Part shown: one piece after another, positions 1-13,870 of the stretch
Layout of the letters: every line of letters begins with the position of its first letter
How positions within the stretch are numbered: the first letter of the stretch is position 1
NCBI GenBank assembly: GCA_964016885.1
Contig: OZ024746.1
Coordinates: 27,962,001 to 28,026,000, forward strand
From: Eledone cirrhosa
Taxonomy: Eukaryota
Direction: 5' to 3'
DNA: 64,000 nt
The notes under the pieces: model-generated
Told to the model about the DNA's origin: nothing
The model's database searches: none
Seen by the model: the letters and a program-made list of their open reading frames with translations, nothing else
Made by a program: the position numbers and the translations under genes

Positions 1-113
1 TTGGAGGTCACAGAATGTGTGACGAAAGAACTTTGACAATATATGAACAACCGTCCGATTGTGGAACCAACCAACCGGAAATTTATAAATTTATAAATTT
101 AATTTATAATAAA
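1..113 (+). mobile_element. 3' region of a PLE with the 3' part of a hammerhead, split by a Helitron (continues at 1029-1094)
   Basis: 1-113 plus 1029-1094 align colinearly with 26742-26930. Contains GTCACA-gaatg-TGTGAC-GAAA-GAAC-TT-TGAC; the core is cut off by the window edge or mutated. Confidence 0.8.
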
Positions 114-1020
114 CTAGCAGTAAAGCCCGGCGTTGCTCGGGGTCGCTCAGTAGCTGTGTTAAAGTTACAATGTTAAGTTTCTTTCTTGGCTTAAAAACTG
201 TAGTGTCTACTGTGCAGACTTGCATGTGGTGTTTTTGATTAATATTCCCTCAACCAACAATATGCCTTATGAAGTTAAGAAAACATAACGATAACCCGAA
301 TGTTATAACAAAAGAGGATGCTGGGGATAGAAACTGCACTGGTTATTTATTAACAAAGATCGAAAATGTAAACACTGCAACGCAGAGAAAAACATTAGCG
401 TAACCAAATTATCAGTTATGTCTGTCTGCACGCCTATATCACCTCTCTGCACGACTGTCTGTCTGCACGCCTATATCACCTCTCTGCACGACTATCTGTC
501 TGCACGCCTATATCACCTCTCTGCACGACTGTCTGTCTGCACGCCTATATCACCTCTCTGCACGACTATCTGTCTGCACGCGTATATCACCTCTCTGCAC
601 GACTGTCTGTCTGCACGCCTAACGACGAAATATTTGCTTGTTTTACGTAGTCTTTAAATAGACTTGTTTTCAAGTAAAAATATTGTTTTAAAATGCTTTT
701 AAATGGAAATGAAGCAAAACGGAAGCTTCGTGTATTGTGTTAATGTCATTTTAAACACTGAGAAAGCCAGCGTAATTTTTTACGTAAGACGCTCAATGTA
801 AACAGAACAAAGGGAAATAACTGATAACTTACGCTAAAAAATCGATACATTATATTCGATTTCGTCAGATAGGGCGGGTCAATTTGAAATATTTTTTTCC
901 GATGTCTTCGCTAGGGCTCAATGTACAAGTATAGCAATTTCGGTGCAATTCCGTGAGAGATTCTAAGAGGAGATGTGTGCCAAAAATCGATAGACAGACA
1001 GACAACCACAGTTTTATATA
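114..1020 (-). mobile_element. Non-autonomous Helitron, copy 1
   Basis: Minus strand ends in hairpin CCCGAGCAACGCCGGG followed by CTAG-3'. Inserted between A and T without target-site duplication (TSD). Near-identical to 2408-3382. Confidence 0.85.
419..621. repeat. 37-bp minisatellite inside Helitron copy 1 (about 5.5 units)
   Basis: Unit TGTCTGTCTGCACGCCTATATCACCTCTCTGCACGAC, starts at 419, 456, ... Confidence 0.95.
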
Positions 1021-1153
1021 TATATATATTGGAGTGAAAGCAACTGGTGCGTGTGTTTCTTATTGGCAACATGACCCTCCCAAAGTATAACAATATATAT
1101 ATGTACATATACATATATATATTTTCTTTTCTCTCTCTCTCTCTATATATATA

Positions 1154-1236
<83 letters not shown>

Positions 1237-1302
1237 ATATATATATATATAAACATATATATGTATATAAACACACATCAACATATATATGCATATATAT
1301 AA

Positions 1303-1410
<108 letters not shown>

Positions 1411-1474
1411 GGTGGTAGAAATTCGTAGATGAAAGATCAACGAAATCAGTGCGTGATTTGATGGATGAGATCTT

Positions 1475-1660
1475 ATTTAGTGTAAACAAATTTTCATACG
1501 CTTAAAATGTATGTGCTACCAATGGTTTCGGGGTCAGTCCAGTCATGGCCACCACTGTATAATGGTCCTCCTCCATTATACAGTGGTATCCATGACTAGA
1601 CGCCAATACCATTGGTATCACATACATTTTAAGTGTATGAATCTTTGGCTACACTAAAAT
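1475..1660. repeat. Diverged fold-back (arms about 1475-1565 and 1573-1660) within a TA-flanked insert
   Basis: TTAGTGTA...TTAAAATGTATGTG.TACCAATGGT...CCACTGTATAATGG mirrored by CCATTATACAGTGG...ACCATTGGTA.CACATACATTTTAA...TACACTAA. Confidence 0.85.
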
Positions 1661-1883
1661 ATGTATATATATATATTAAGTATAAACCGAAGTTTAAGCT
1701 GTCGCACAGCAAGTACTATTTGATTTGTTTGAGGCAATCACAAAGCATTCAATGGAGCGAAAGTTAAAAAAACATTAAGTCCAGAGTAAACACACCAGTT
1801 AGAAAGGGGTGACACCAAGAAAAGCGACCAAAGGCACTGGGCATACTTATATCGCGACGATATATATATATATATATATATAT

Positions 1884-2201
1884 ATGAAAACATGGCGTGC
1901 TGCGTGGTTGCAAATGGGTTACATATGAATAAATTTAGTCCTTCATCAGTGATCTTCCAGCCTTCATTGGTATTTCATCGCTTTAAAGACCATATACCTC
2001 TGGTTGGTGCGAGCAACGGCTAAAGAAAGTCGTTGGGACACATAAATAGGGGGGGGGAGGCGAACGAGACAGTAAACAAACAAAGATGGTAATGCAACGA
2101 AAAGTGAGGAAGAAGGAGTCAAGTCCAGAAATCGATGAACACAAGTTCTGTGAAATCGTGGACGAGAGAGAATAAAGACCATCAAACCTGGTAGAAATTC
2201 G

Positions 2202-2270
<69 letters not shown>

Positions 2271-2390
2271 AGATAGTCTCGATGTCTGAATATGGTTAGT
2301 GGGGAAAAGAACCAAGCGAGATTTTTCTCACATTTTAGCGAAAAAAATTTCCTTTTAGTGATGCTAAATCATGAACGCTAGCAGGGTATA
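1884..2390. mobile_element. TA-flanked dispersed repeat, family H
   Basis: Shared core GTCCTTCRTCAGTGATYTTCCARCC.TCATYGGTATTTC at 1938, 11168, 25193, 27681, 58858 and 63157. Confidence 0.8.
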
Positions 2391-2407
2391 TATACATATA
2401 TGATATA

Positions 2408-3382
2408 CTAGCAGTAAAGCCCGGCGTTGCTCGGGGTCGCTCAGTAGCTGTGTTAAAGTTACAATGTTAAGTTTCTTTTTTGGCTTAAAAACTGTAGTGT
2501 CTACTGTGCAGACTTGCATGTGGTGTTTTTGATTAATATTCCCTCAACCAACAATATGCCTTATGAAGTTAAGAAAACATAACGATAACCCGAATGTTAT
2601 AACAAAAGAGGATGCTGGGGATAAAAACTGCACTGGTTATTTATTAACAAAGATCGAAAATGTAAACACTGCAACGCAGAGAAAAACATTAGCGTAACCA
2701 AATTATCAGTTATGTCTGTCTGCACGCCTATATCACCTCTCTGCACGACTGTCTGTCTGCACGCCTATATCACCTCTCTGCACGACTGTCTGTCTGCACG
2801 CCTATATCACCTCTCTGCACGACTATCTGTCTGCACGCGTATATCACCTCTCTGCACGACTATCTGTCTGCACGACTGTCTGTCTGCACGCCTAACGAAA
2901 TTTACAGATACATATATTTTAAATAAACTTATATAATTTTTGCTTTTTTTTACGAAATATTTGCTTGTTTTACGTAGTCTTTAAATAGACTTGTTTTCAA
3001 GTAAAAATATTGTTTTAAAAGGCTTTTAAATGGAAATGAAGCAAAACGGAAGCTTAGTGTTCGAACTGATGAATTTTGCAGTGTGTTAATGTCATTTTAA
3101 ACGCTGAGAAAGCCAGCGTAATTTTTTTAATTTTTGCACGCAAACGCTCAATGTAAACAGAACAAAGGGAAATAACTGATCACTTACGCTCAAAAATCGA
3201 TACATTATATTCGATTTCGTCAGATAGGGCAGGTCAATTTGAAATATTTTTTTTCTGATGTCTTCGCTAGGGCTCAATGTACAAGTATAGCAATTTCAGT
3301 GCAATTCCGTGAGAGATTCTAAGAGGAGATGTGTGCCAAAAATCGATAGACAGACAGACAACCACAGTTTTATATATATAGA
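2408..3382 (-). mobile_element. Non-autonomous Helitron, copy 2 (both termini present)
   Basis: Minus strand reads A|TCTATATATATAAAA...hairpin...CTAG|T. Internal 37-bp minisatellite at 2713-2893. Confidence 0.9.
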
Positions 3383-4049
3383 TAAGATGGGATAAATCCT
3401 TATCGCAGGATAATGGAATCGATAATTCTGAAGCAGATTCAATAATTTTTGGAATCTTACATTATATTAATTTTGCAAGATCAATATCTGAGTCCTTGAA
3501 GGGTTGCTTCGCAATTTCCATAGCTCTTCAGAAATTCCAGAAAAAAAGAGAAAATATTATTTAGTGTCATTGTAGTTATACCGAAGGAGAAAAAATAATC
3601 GCTAAAAACTAAAGCAGGAGAATATAAAACAGTGATGATTTTGTTCTTATTTCTAATGTTTATATTGTTGAGACTATGGAACACTTTTCTTTCTTTTTTA
3701 GTATAAATAGAGTGACAGAGACTAATAATTTATAGTTTTTATAAATATCTTGAAGAGCTACAAAAGAGTTAAATGAGTGTACAACCCGTAAGATATTTCT
3801 TTTTCATTCAGAAGCACTATATACATGTATGATTGTGTATGTATGTGTGTACGCGCGCGCGCGCGCGTGAGTGTGTGTGCGTGCGTGGTGCGAATGTGTG
3901 TGTGAATTTACTTAATATTTTATGTCAATAATGCCGCCATGGCCTGATGACAGGTAAGAAAAATAAGAACTGGGAATTGACTAGGTAAAATGACTTAAAT
4001 GCTGAAACTGTGGCACATGACAATCCAGTGCGACTATTTCCTCGTGATT

Positions 4050-4345
4050 AGAAGCCTGACATTGTTGTCGTAGAAAAGAAAAATAACAAGGCATGTATTG
4101 TGGATATTGCTTCACCGTGGGACCACAGGGTGAATGAGAAGGAAAGTGTGGAAGTTGAGAAACACCAGGAGCTGAAGAGAGAAAACAGGAACCTATGGAG
4201 AATCAGACACGTAGAAGTGGTACCGATTGTGGTTGGCGCACTGGGAGCAGTTAGTAGAATGTTGGATGCATGGTTTGAGAAGTCGGGATTATTGCAGAAA
4301 ACAGATTTGCTAGGAACAGCAAGGATTCTAAGAAGGGTGAACAGG
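4050..4345 (+). pseudogene. C-terminal restriction-like endonuclease domain of a non-LTR retrotransposon (R4/Dong-like)
   Basis: KPDIVV..DIASPWD..KE..VVPIVVGALG..LQK..LLGTARILRRV, a PD-(D/E)xK-type LINE C-terminus. Upstream stop; truncated. Confidence 0.85.
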
Positions 4346-5276
4346 GCCCTACTCTGGTGTGGATAGTTTATCAGACTTGTGAATTCTCGAATTGCATGTG
4401 TGTATGTGTCTGCATGGGGTGAATCTATGTGTGACGTAGATCGTCTGCATGTACGTATGTGTGAATATGTGTATGTGTGAATATATGTATGGGTATGTGT
4501 ATGTGCGTATGTGTCTACGTCGCTGTGAATCTGTGTGTGTGATAGAGTGTATGTGTATGTGTGAGTATGTATGTCTATGCCTGCATGCGTATTTCTATGT
4601 AAGAACTTGTGTGGGTGTATATGTCCCTGTATATGTAAGTGTGACTGCGTGTGTTTGTTTCTGTTTCTTGTTTTAGTTATGATTGGTATGGAAGTACTTG
4701 TTTTACATCTCTGCATTCCGATACCATTATGATAGCATTCTGATAGCATTCTGATAGCATTGCTGGAATTCAATGACATATTTCCACATTCACTGACCTT
4801 TGTGGTGCATTTTATAACTCCCCATCTCACCCCACAGTTATCTCTATACCCCTATCACTCTCTCTCCCCCTATCACTTTCTCTCCCCCTATCACTCTCTC
4901 CCTCCCCTATCACTCCCTCTGTCTCTCTCTTTATCTGTATCTCTCTCCGTCTCGCTCTCTATTTTACTCATCCTTCTTTCTGTAGTTCCATCTTATCTAA
5001 TGCTCCTTCTCCACCCTTCCCCTAAACACCCTTCCCTACACACACGACTCTCTCAGCACCACTTCCTCCACCGTCACCTACTTCCACTTTACTAAGCTAC
5101 CTTATGCGATAATAGAAGATGCTGATAGTAGTTTGGCTCCGTTCAGACGATCAGACAAGTTATTAATCTTAATTATAAAGTCGGTATCATAATAAACAGA
5201 GTATCAAGAGTGACGTACGCACCTACACAGAGCTGGGGGTGAGGTGTGTATGTTTTTCTATATATGTGAGTGTCAA

Positions 5277-5310
<34 letters not shown>

Positions 5311-5409
5311 ATATACATATGTACATACAACCACATATATAAATGTATATATATTTATAAATATATATATATATATATATGCACACGCACACACCCACAT
5401 ATATATATA

Positions 5410-5451
<42 letters not shown>

Positions 5452-5544
5452 CACATATATATATATATATATATATATTATACATATACATGTATATATA
5501 TATATATGTGTGTATATATATATATATTATATATTATATATATA

Positions 5545-5833
<289 letters not shown>

Positions 5834-5853
5834 CATACATATATATATATATA

Positions 5854-5899
<46 letters not shown>

Positions 5900-5915
5900 C
5901 AAAACAGAACAATGT

Positions 5916-6162
<247 letters not shown>

Positions 6163-6186
6163 AACAACAATAACAACAACAATAAA

Positions 6187-6230
<44 letters not shown>

Positions 6231-6499
6231 TATTAATAGTAATAATAATTGTTATTATTAGTGTTGTTGTTTGGTGATAAGAATAAATGGCTTTCATTAG
6301 TGTCAATATTACAATATATACACTGTAGTGATTTATATATGTAGTTCTTTTGGAAATGTGTATACTCGTAAACATTCCACACTCTATGTAACCCCTCCTT
6401 TTAATTTCCTCTTCATATGGTACCCTTATGGCAAATAAATAAAATCACTCTGATATAGAGTGATATAGATAAACAAAGCAGCCTAAATTAGACCAACAA

Positions 6500-6970
6500 C
6501 CGCTATATTTGCTCTCACTTGGACGGATATGCTTTTGCAGTCAAAGAAAAAGAAATAACAACGAAATACCTGATTCCCAAAAGAGATAGGGATGCGGTCA
6601 AAACACATAGACGTGACAACCGATGCTGCTACTAGGGAAAAAAACATAGAGATGTCACCCGCATCCATCATAAAAGCTTCCAAGAATGTCATTACAATAT
6701 TATATACCTTTGAGGGATGATATAGGAGCTAAAAGTCTATACAATGCAATCCGTAGAACGGATAGTCATTGTGAGTAAACGTATATAAAGTTACAGTGTG
6801 AATGTTCCTGTCAAAACCCCAACATTGTGAAAACATACCAGCTCAGTCATTGTGATAAAGATCAGCGAAAAGATGTCATGTACACTAGTTGAAATCAACT
6901 GTCCATCAGATGTCAATATAATGCTGAAGATTGGTGAAAAGGAAAACTTATATGTTGAACTAATGAGGAG
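6500..6970 (+). pseudogene. Highly decayed RLE-type LINE fragment (Zn-knuckle to endonuclease region)
   Basis: FAVKEKEITTKYL..DNRC, then NVPVKT..VIVIK..CTLVEINCPSDVNI..KIGEKENLY, with frameshifts and stops. Confidence 0.6.
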
Positions 6971-7490
6971 TGCCGTCCCGTCATCGAACATTGCACCATC
7001 ATGTGTACAATGGGGAATTTTCAGATCAGCTTTTGTTTTGCAAGCTGGTTCAGAAATGTGACACTTCAACTGTCTGTCTTCTGGCACTACTCGTTGTGTT
7101 CTATCATATATTTACCATGCCTAGTCAATCAATCAGCTGACTTGCAAATTAAGATACACTCAGTACAAATGTACCGATCGGGGGAGGTGCAAAGGTAGAA
7201 CAATCTCACAAATGGCTCGATTTTTCCCTAGCTCATGTAACTTTAAATGGTTGACAACTCCAGCTCTTGACTTAAGAAATCAGCCACACACATTGCACTT
7301 CAATCCCTGCTGTATTTCTGCAAGTCCTGCTTAAGGAGTGAACGTTTCAAAGCAGAAGGCTCCACTCGCTTTTGCTCAATTACATCACATCCATGCTTGA
7401 TCTTGGTCCAGGATGTACGGCTTTCAGCTAATGTCTCTCCTTCAGAACTTTAAGATTGTCGTTTATGACATCCGTAAATCGTTTCCTTAA
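6970..7490 (-). pseudogene. Decayed RTE-like LINE C-terminus with tandem C2H2-like fingers
   Basis: Minus strand: [12 protein letters not shown]; KCNVCG*FLKSRAGVVNHLKLH; YICTECILICKSAD*LTRH; LKCHISEPACKTKADLK. Confidence 0.6.
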
Positions 7491-7509
7491 ACAGGCCTAC
7501 ACGCGCGCG

Positions 7510-7580
<71 letters not shown>

Positions 7581-7582
<2 letters not shown>

Positions 7583-7831
7583 CATTTTAAGTGGTTCCGT
7601 CGAGCTGCGGATTATTGAGTCGGGTAGGATCGATATAGATCGAACCTTGAGCTGATCAGTGGCGAAACGCGCGTCACCTATCAATAAATGCAATGAAGGA
7701 ATAATCAATCGTCCTTTTTATCCTTTCTATATATTACACTCTGTATAGCTCTACACATCATCACGGAAGTGAACCTAAACATCGAGTGCTCTCCCGGGTG
7801 AACCTGCAGTAACTCCTAGTTACACCCCTTG

Positions 7832-7832
<1 letters not shown>
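7581..7832 (+). mobile_element. TA-flanked element, family B (PLE terminal-repeat-like)
   Basis: GAAA-CGCGCG-TC (HHR 3' half) followed by AATAAA. Reverse-oriented homologue at 38671-38910. Confidence 0.7.
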
Positions 7833-7925
<93 letters not shown>

Positions 7926-9042
7926 ATATATATGTATATATTTATATATATATGCATACACATATATATAATATAATATAATATAGTATATTATATATTA
8001 TACAAGTAGTATATTATTAATAAATATAAATGAAGAAACGTCTGCGTTTTTGGTTGTGCCGTTGTTGTTAATGTTGTTTGTGTTTTAGTGGTGGTGGTGA
8101 GGGTGATGGTACTAGTGGTGTTTTGTTGTTTATAATTTTTCTTCTTTCTTTCATTTAAATAAATATTTTTTAAACTTATTATTTTCAATATTGTCCATTG
8201 TTCTGTTTTGTTTATGCTCGAAGCTGTGTCTGTTTTAATGTTCACACTCTTGTTTTATTTATTTATTTGTTTATTTATTTCGTATTTTTTTTATTTCCTT
8301 TCATTTAAGTTTGCTTTAGTGTTTGAAAATAATTGAGTGGGGGCGTGATTGTTTATTAATGGGGCTACAGTGAACTTCTTTTTTCTCCGAATCCTGTAAG
8401 GTTGCGAATGCTCAAATATTCTGAAGTCTTTTACTACTAAAATGAGCCAAATATGAAAAGAGAAAGCATTTTTCTCATTAACTGATCTAGATCCTTGATT
8501 ACTTGACGAGAAAAAGTATGCAGTGGACTACAGTGTGGTGGAGGGACTGTTTTTCCGGAAATGCAGTTCTATGATCTGCGACATGGTTCAGACGAGGTAA
8601 CTGCAGATAGCCTTCTAAATAATTGTCAGGGTTAGGGGTAGTGTTAGGCTTAGAGTTAGGGTTAGGGTTCCCAAGTGGAATAATCCACTCTAAACTGAAT
8701 GGTAGCATCATCAAATGCGAGCAGGAAATTAGGTCCCTAACTCTTTATAACTGTTAGACAGCAACATCAAATGTGAGCAAATAACTGGGTTCATATTCTT
8801 GTATAATTATCCAAGAAACCTCTCCCAATAAAACACTGGAAATAAGTCTCATCAGGGACAGACTACGTTGAAAGCAAGAGATCTTTACTTTAATTGATAA
8901 AAACTGAGGCAGGCTACGTTGGAGACGAAATGTCCTTAGCCTCATTACGATTAGTCAATTACTTTATAACATTTTTGTGTTTGGTTGGTAGAACATGGAA
9001 CTTCTAAGCGAGTGATTACAGAAAAATGTGTTTGTTACAGTT

Positions 9043-9222
9043 TAATTGTTTCTGCTTTTGGCACAAGGTCAGAAATTACCCAGTACATTGCTGGTACTTT
9101 ATTTTATCGACCCCGTAAGGATGAAAGGCAAAGTTAACCTCGGCGAGATTTTAACTCAGATTGTAAAGAGACGTAACTATGCTGCAAAGCATGGCGTCCG
9201 ACTCTCTACCGATACGGCCAAT
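9043..9222 (-). mobile_element. tRNA-derived SINE (major family)
   Basis: Reverse complement of TGGCAGTATCGG..GAGTTCAAATCC..CCTTTCATCCTTACGGGGTCGATAAAATAAAGTACCAG..GAAACAATTA. Confidence 0.9.
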
Positions 9223-9443
9223 CTACAGATTAATGTTCAACATTTAGCGCTAAGGACAGTTTTCAGATATATATATATATATGTATATATAATATTCTAC
9301 GGCATAAATTATGATACTAGCAGATTCTAAGACTTGTAATATACAGATTACGTTGTCCCAGATGTGTTGCATAAACATCGGTAAACTAAACCCCTAATCA
9401 CCCATCAACACCCCACACATCAGCCGTCGGCGTCTTACTTGTT

Positions 9444-9504
<61 letters not shown>

Positions 9505-9901
9505 GCATATATACATGTGTGTGTGCGTGTATCAGTGTTCGTATGTATATATGTTTAAAATATGGTATATATTAAACAAATCTGACAAACACACACATAA
9601 ACACTCATATAGTCTGTCGTATAAAGATATATGCTATGAATATGCACATACACAGACAGATATCGATTGAGACATGTAGACATACACTTTCATTACATTG
9701 TATGAGTGCTAATGCGGGAGTGTGCGTGTGTGTGCGTGCGAGTGTGTCTCTGTGTTAAATTGTACGATGTAAAGCTCGTGTTTAGTATAGGTGTATACAC
9801 TTAGTAGATGCAAATTGACTCAACTCCTGACTCACACGCACACACACACATGTATATATATATATATACACGCATGCACAAGCACACACACACACATATA
9901 T

Positions 9902-9932
<31 letters not shown>

Positions 9933-9972
9933 CATACTTTATATATATATGTATATATATATAAATATATAC

Positions 9973-10015
<43 letters not shown>

Positions 10016-10019
<4 letters not shown>

Positions 10020-10279
10020 AAAGTTCTATTTAAAATTGTTGGGATTCAACAAGTAAATATTTTTATAACTAATATAAAGCACTCGACAAGTATTTGGAGT
10101 AGATATACGATATTAATAAATGGAAACTATATTTATAAAACCATATTTATTTCATTATACATATTTCAGGGATACCAAATTAAATTATGATGAAGGCATA
10201 CCATAATTTAATTTGGTATCCCTGAAATATGTATAATGAAATAAATATGGTTTTATAAATATAGTTTCCATTTATTAAT

Positions 10280-10285
<6 letters not shown>
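10016..10285. mobile_element. TA-flanked fold-back, family C, with HHR remnant
   Basis: Arms about 10108-10189 and 10203-10285; aTGATGA-aggcatacca..tggtatccct-GAAA-TATGTA-TA. Confidence 0.8.
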
Positions 10286-10356
<71 letters not shown>

Positions 10357-10361
<5 letters not shown>

Positions 10362-10512
10362 TAACAGATTAAAGTTTAAGCAAAGAATCGCTGCTTTCAC
10401 TCTTAACGGGATCTTCTGAAACTAAATATTTGCTCTACGGTTCTTATATATATGATATATATTTATCCTTATCGAGCCCTCTTTGGATTTTAGTCTTCAA
10501 ATTTATTATTAT

Positions 10513-10516
<4 letters not shown>
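10357..10516. mobile_element. TA-flanked dispersed repeat, family I
   Basis: Near-identical copy at 60959-61132. Confidence 0.75.
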
Positions 10517-10576
<60 letters not shown>

Positions 10577-11275
10577 CATATATATATGAGGTGTACGTTG
10601 TACGTTCCTGTCGAAGGCGTGTGAAATACAATGTGTCTGTGTGTGTGTATGTATGTATGCATGTATGTATGTATTATATACGTACATATACTTATATAAA
10701 TATGTATGTATATACGTATGTATGCATATGTGTAAGCACGCAGATAAACGTGTGTTAAACGAAAAAAATTATATTTTTCAATAAAGCAAAGTAAATTGAT
10801 GAATAAGTAAATATATGTATAAATAAACAACAACAAAAATTAAAATCCTATTTGCAATATAATTCCCAACCATATTTATGGCGAATTTTTTCTTTATTTT
10901 ATTTCTATATTTCTCAGTCCTTCAATAATATATTTATCTGACAAATTTCTACTTATCTGAATTGCAATAAAAGAAAGAAAGAAACATTTTATGCCACTAC
11001 TTGCATATTTGTTGAGTTAGAGGAGAATATTGTTGATTTCTGCATTTCAACGACAGAAAAAAAAGTGCCGATCAAAATTAAGATGAAATCAGCTCAACCA
11101 CTTCATGCCTTCGTTGCATGATTCACAACACATCTATGGATTTATATATATATATATGAATAAAGTGGTCCTTCATCAGTGATCTTCCAACCATCATCGG
11201 TATTTCTTCGCTTTAAAGACCACTTTAAAGACCACATATATATATAAAGACCACTTTAAAGACCACTTTAAAGAC

Positions 11276-11327
<52 letters not shown>

Positions 11328-11606
11328 TGACACTTTTACCTATTCATTCTTAAAAATATATCTGCTCTGTTTATTGTGCATTTGATGTGTTTTGTGTAAA
11401 CAACCAATCTCTTTGTATCACCAAATGTTTAACTTCATCGTTTTTCTTTGTTGAGGAGGAGGGGGGGGGGGGAGGTAGTTGGGTGAGGAGTTGCGTTTAT
11501 CTAAGATGAAGCGCCCTATCCATGGATACGAGTTTCATATCTTATGTGACCATTAGTTCATGCAATAGTCCTTCCTGGCTATTTTACCTCAGTGTATTCG
11601 TTGTTT

Positions 11607-11790
11607 AAGGTGACGAATTGGCAGAATTATCAGAGTCTCCGATAGAATGCTTTGCGTTATTTGTTCCGGCTCTGCGCTCCTTGCGTTCAAATCCCACTGA
11701 AGTCAATTTCACATTTTATCTCTTTTAGGTTGAGGTCGACCAAAACATTTACCAGTCCAGTACTGGGGTCGATTCTTCCGCTATATCTCT
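11607..11790 (+). mobile_element. Old diverged copy of the major SINE
   Basis: TGGCAGAATTATCAG A-box, GTTCAAATCC B-box and degenerate body. Similar old copies at 12185-12565 (minus) and 14935-15160. Confidence 0.65.
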
Positions 11791-12271
11791 TTTCACTTCC
11801 TGTCAATCCTTTTCTCTCCTTCTCTGGAAAAAAATCGGCTATATTCACGTCTAAGGACGGGGTAGGCCTCATCAGGTTTCAAATGCCCCCAAACCACTGT
11901 ACATCAGTCGCGCCCCCACGACTCTCTCAGGGTTATTCTTATATGAACACTTTGAGAATATACTCTTTAGTGTACTTGGAACAGGCGAGAGAATATGAAA
12001 GGTTTCTAGAAATGAACGACAACATGTTTTGTTTGATAGCGAATGCGAGAAAATAAACACAGAATAACTTTAATATGATTAGTGGGTATAAAGGAGGGGG
12101 ATATTAGAGGCTTAATGTAGCATTACCATCTAAACAGCAATATTTCAAGTATTTACATGAAAGACCGTCACCTTCATTTAATGGTTTCTAATAGAGGAAT
12201 AACACCAGTAATTTACAGGGTAAATGGGAAAGTAGATTACATCGAACCCAGTCTTTGACAGATACAATAAT

Positions 12272-12450
12272 TGTTTCTACTTTAGGCACAAGGCCAGCAA
12301 TTACCCAGTGCATTACTGGTATATTATTTTATCGACCCCGTAAGGATGAAAGGCAAAGTCAACCTCGGCGGGATTTGAACTCAGATCGTAAAGGGACGTA
12401 ACTATGCTGGAAAGCATGGTGTCCGACCCTCTACCGATACTGCCAATCCA
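12272..12450 (-). mobile_element. Young SINE with 10-bp TSD nested in an older SINE
   Basis: ATACAATAAT at 12262-12271 and 12451-12460. Confidence 0.9.
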
Positions 12451-12577
12451 ATACAATAATGTTTCCACATTGGAAGCTAACCTCAACAGTATTTGAACTA
12501 AGAATGTAAAGACTCGGAAGAAATACTACACGGTTTTTTCAAACGTTCGAACGATTCTCCAATATCCTCTAATATTT

Positions 12578-12969
12578 CATCATAGCTTGATCATACACCA
12601 CTGATCGTACTTAGTTGTAGTCCTCTGCTCAGAGCTTGATCATATTCGTCTAATCATAGTTTGAACATAGGCCACTGATTATAGTTTGATCATAAACCCC
12701 TGATTATTGCTTGATAATAGTTCTTTGATCATAGCTCAGATATACACCTCTTATCATAGCTTCGCTATAGACCTCTGATCATAGCTTAGTTATAGATCTC
12801 TGATCATTGCTTGATCATAGGCCTCTGATCATAGCTTGATCATGGGTCTCTGATCATAGCTTGATCATAAGCCTGCGATCATAGCTTGGTTATAAGCATC
12901 TGATCATAACATGGTTATAGGTCTCTGATCATGAATTGATCATAAACCACTAATCATAGCTTGATCATG
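12578..12969. repeat. 25-bp degenerate minisatellite (about 15 units)
   Basis: Consensus about CTGATCATAGCTTGATCATAGGCCT; CTGATC at 12775, 12800, 12825. Confidence 0.9.
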
Positions 12970-13544
12970 GGGCTCATTTTTTATTGCCAATTCAATATAC
13001 ATCTTTATTAATAGCTCAGTGAATCTCTCTCTTAATGCACCATTTGAAAGAATCCCTATCCTCAACAAATATATAACAAAATGAATAACATTTTCCCTGT
13101 TCTTTAGTATATGTGTAAGTCGTTATGTTAGTGTTCGAGAATAATGTTTAATGGAGAAACAACAATACAAATGATGAGAATTATATGTTTATATTACCCA
13201 ACAAACACTATACTATAAACGTATAATAAAATATGAACGATATATATTAGAGAGAACATATAAAACATGTATTCAATAAAGAAAATATTTTTAGATATAA
13301 TGCCACTCACCTCACTCTTTTAGATAGGATATTAAAAACAATATAATCAATTAATACCAAAATCAATAGAGCATATATGGAATCGATTTTCCTTCTTTAT
13401 AGAGATGTGTAGATGTTCTGTGAGGAGAAAATATAAATGAATAAACATCAATCTAGAGGATATTTGAACTCAGATAATCACAACCAGCTTTAAAAGGTAT
13501 CTGAAAAAGTAGTTAGAAAAGTAAGAAAACTACATGAAATGGAA

Positions 13545-13870
13545 TGGACCTCCGTCGGTGTCAATGAAGTGTGTTCCAGTTATTTGCACCAGGAAGTTGC
13601 CAGCTCATAAAATTAACGTCTAAGTGGCTGAACATTCCACTTAACGTAATTTTCTTGGAGATTCAGCGTGAAAGAGTGAGTGACATGTACAAGAACTGTC
13701 CATCTGATAGGCTCCCGAACAGTTTCCGCCTACCCAATTTCATTTAAAAGGCTTATGTCGACCTGAAGCTATAGTAAAAGATCCTTGCTCTATTGGTCAG
13801 ACAGTAGGATGGAACCCTGGACTTAATAATGGTGCAGCGAATCTTTTAGCCCTCCCGCCATGCTGTGACC
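13545..13870. mobile_element. Decayed SINE fragments of other families
   Basis: AAATTAACGT.TAAGTGGCTGA.CATT shared with 35190-35220 and 16670-16830. Related tRNA-like heads at about 16300, 42385, 46370 and 52738. Confidence 0.5.

Noticed and set aside
419-621. 37-bp repeats resembling a CRISPR array
   Set aside because: Contiguous units with no unique spacers, inside a Helitron, in eukaryotic DNA, with no cas genes.
8628-8670. Telomere-like TTAGGG repeats
   Set aside because: Only a few degenerate units; common in low-complexity or TE sequence.
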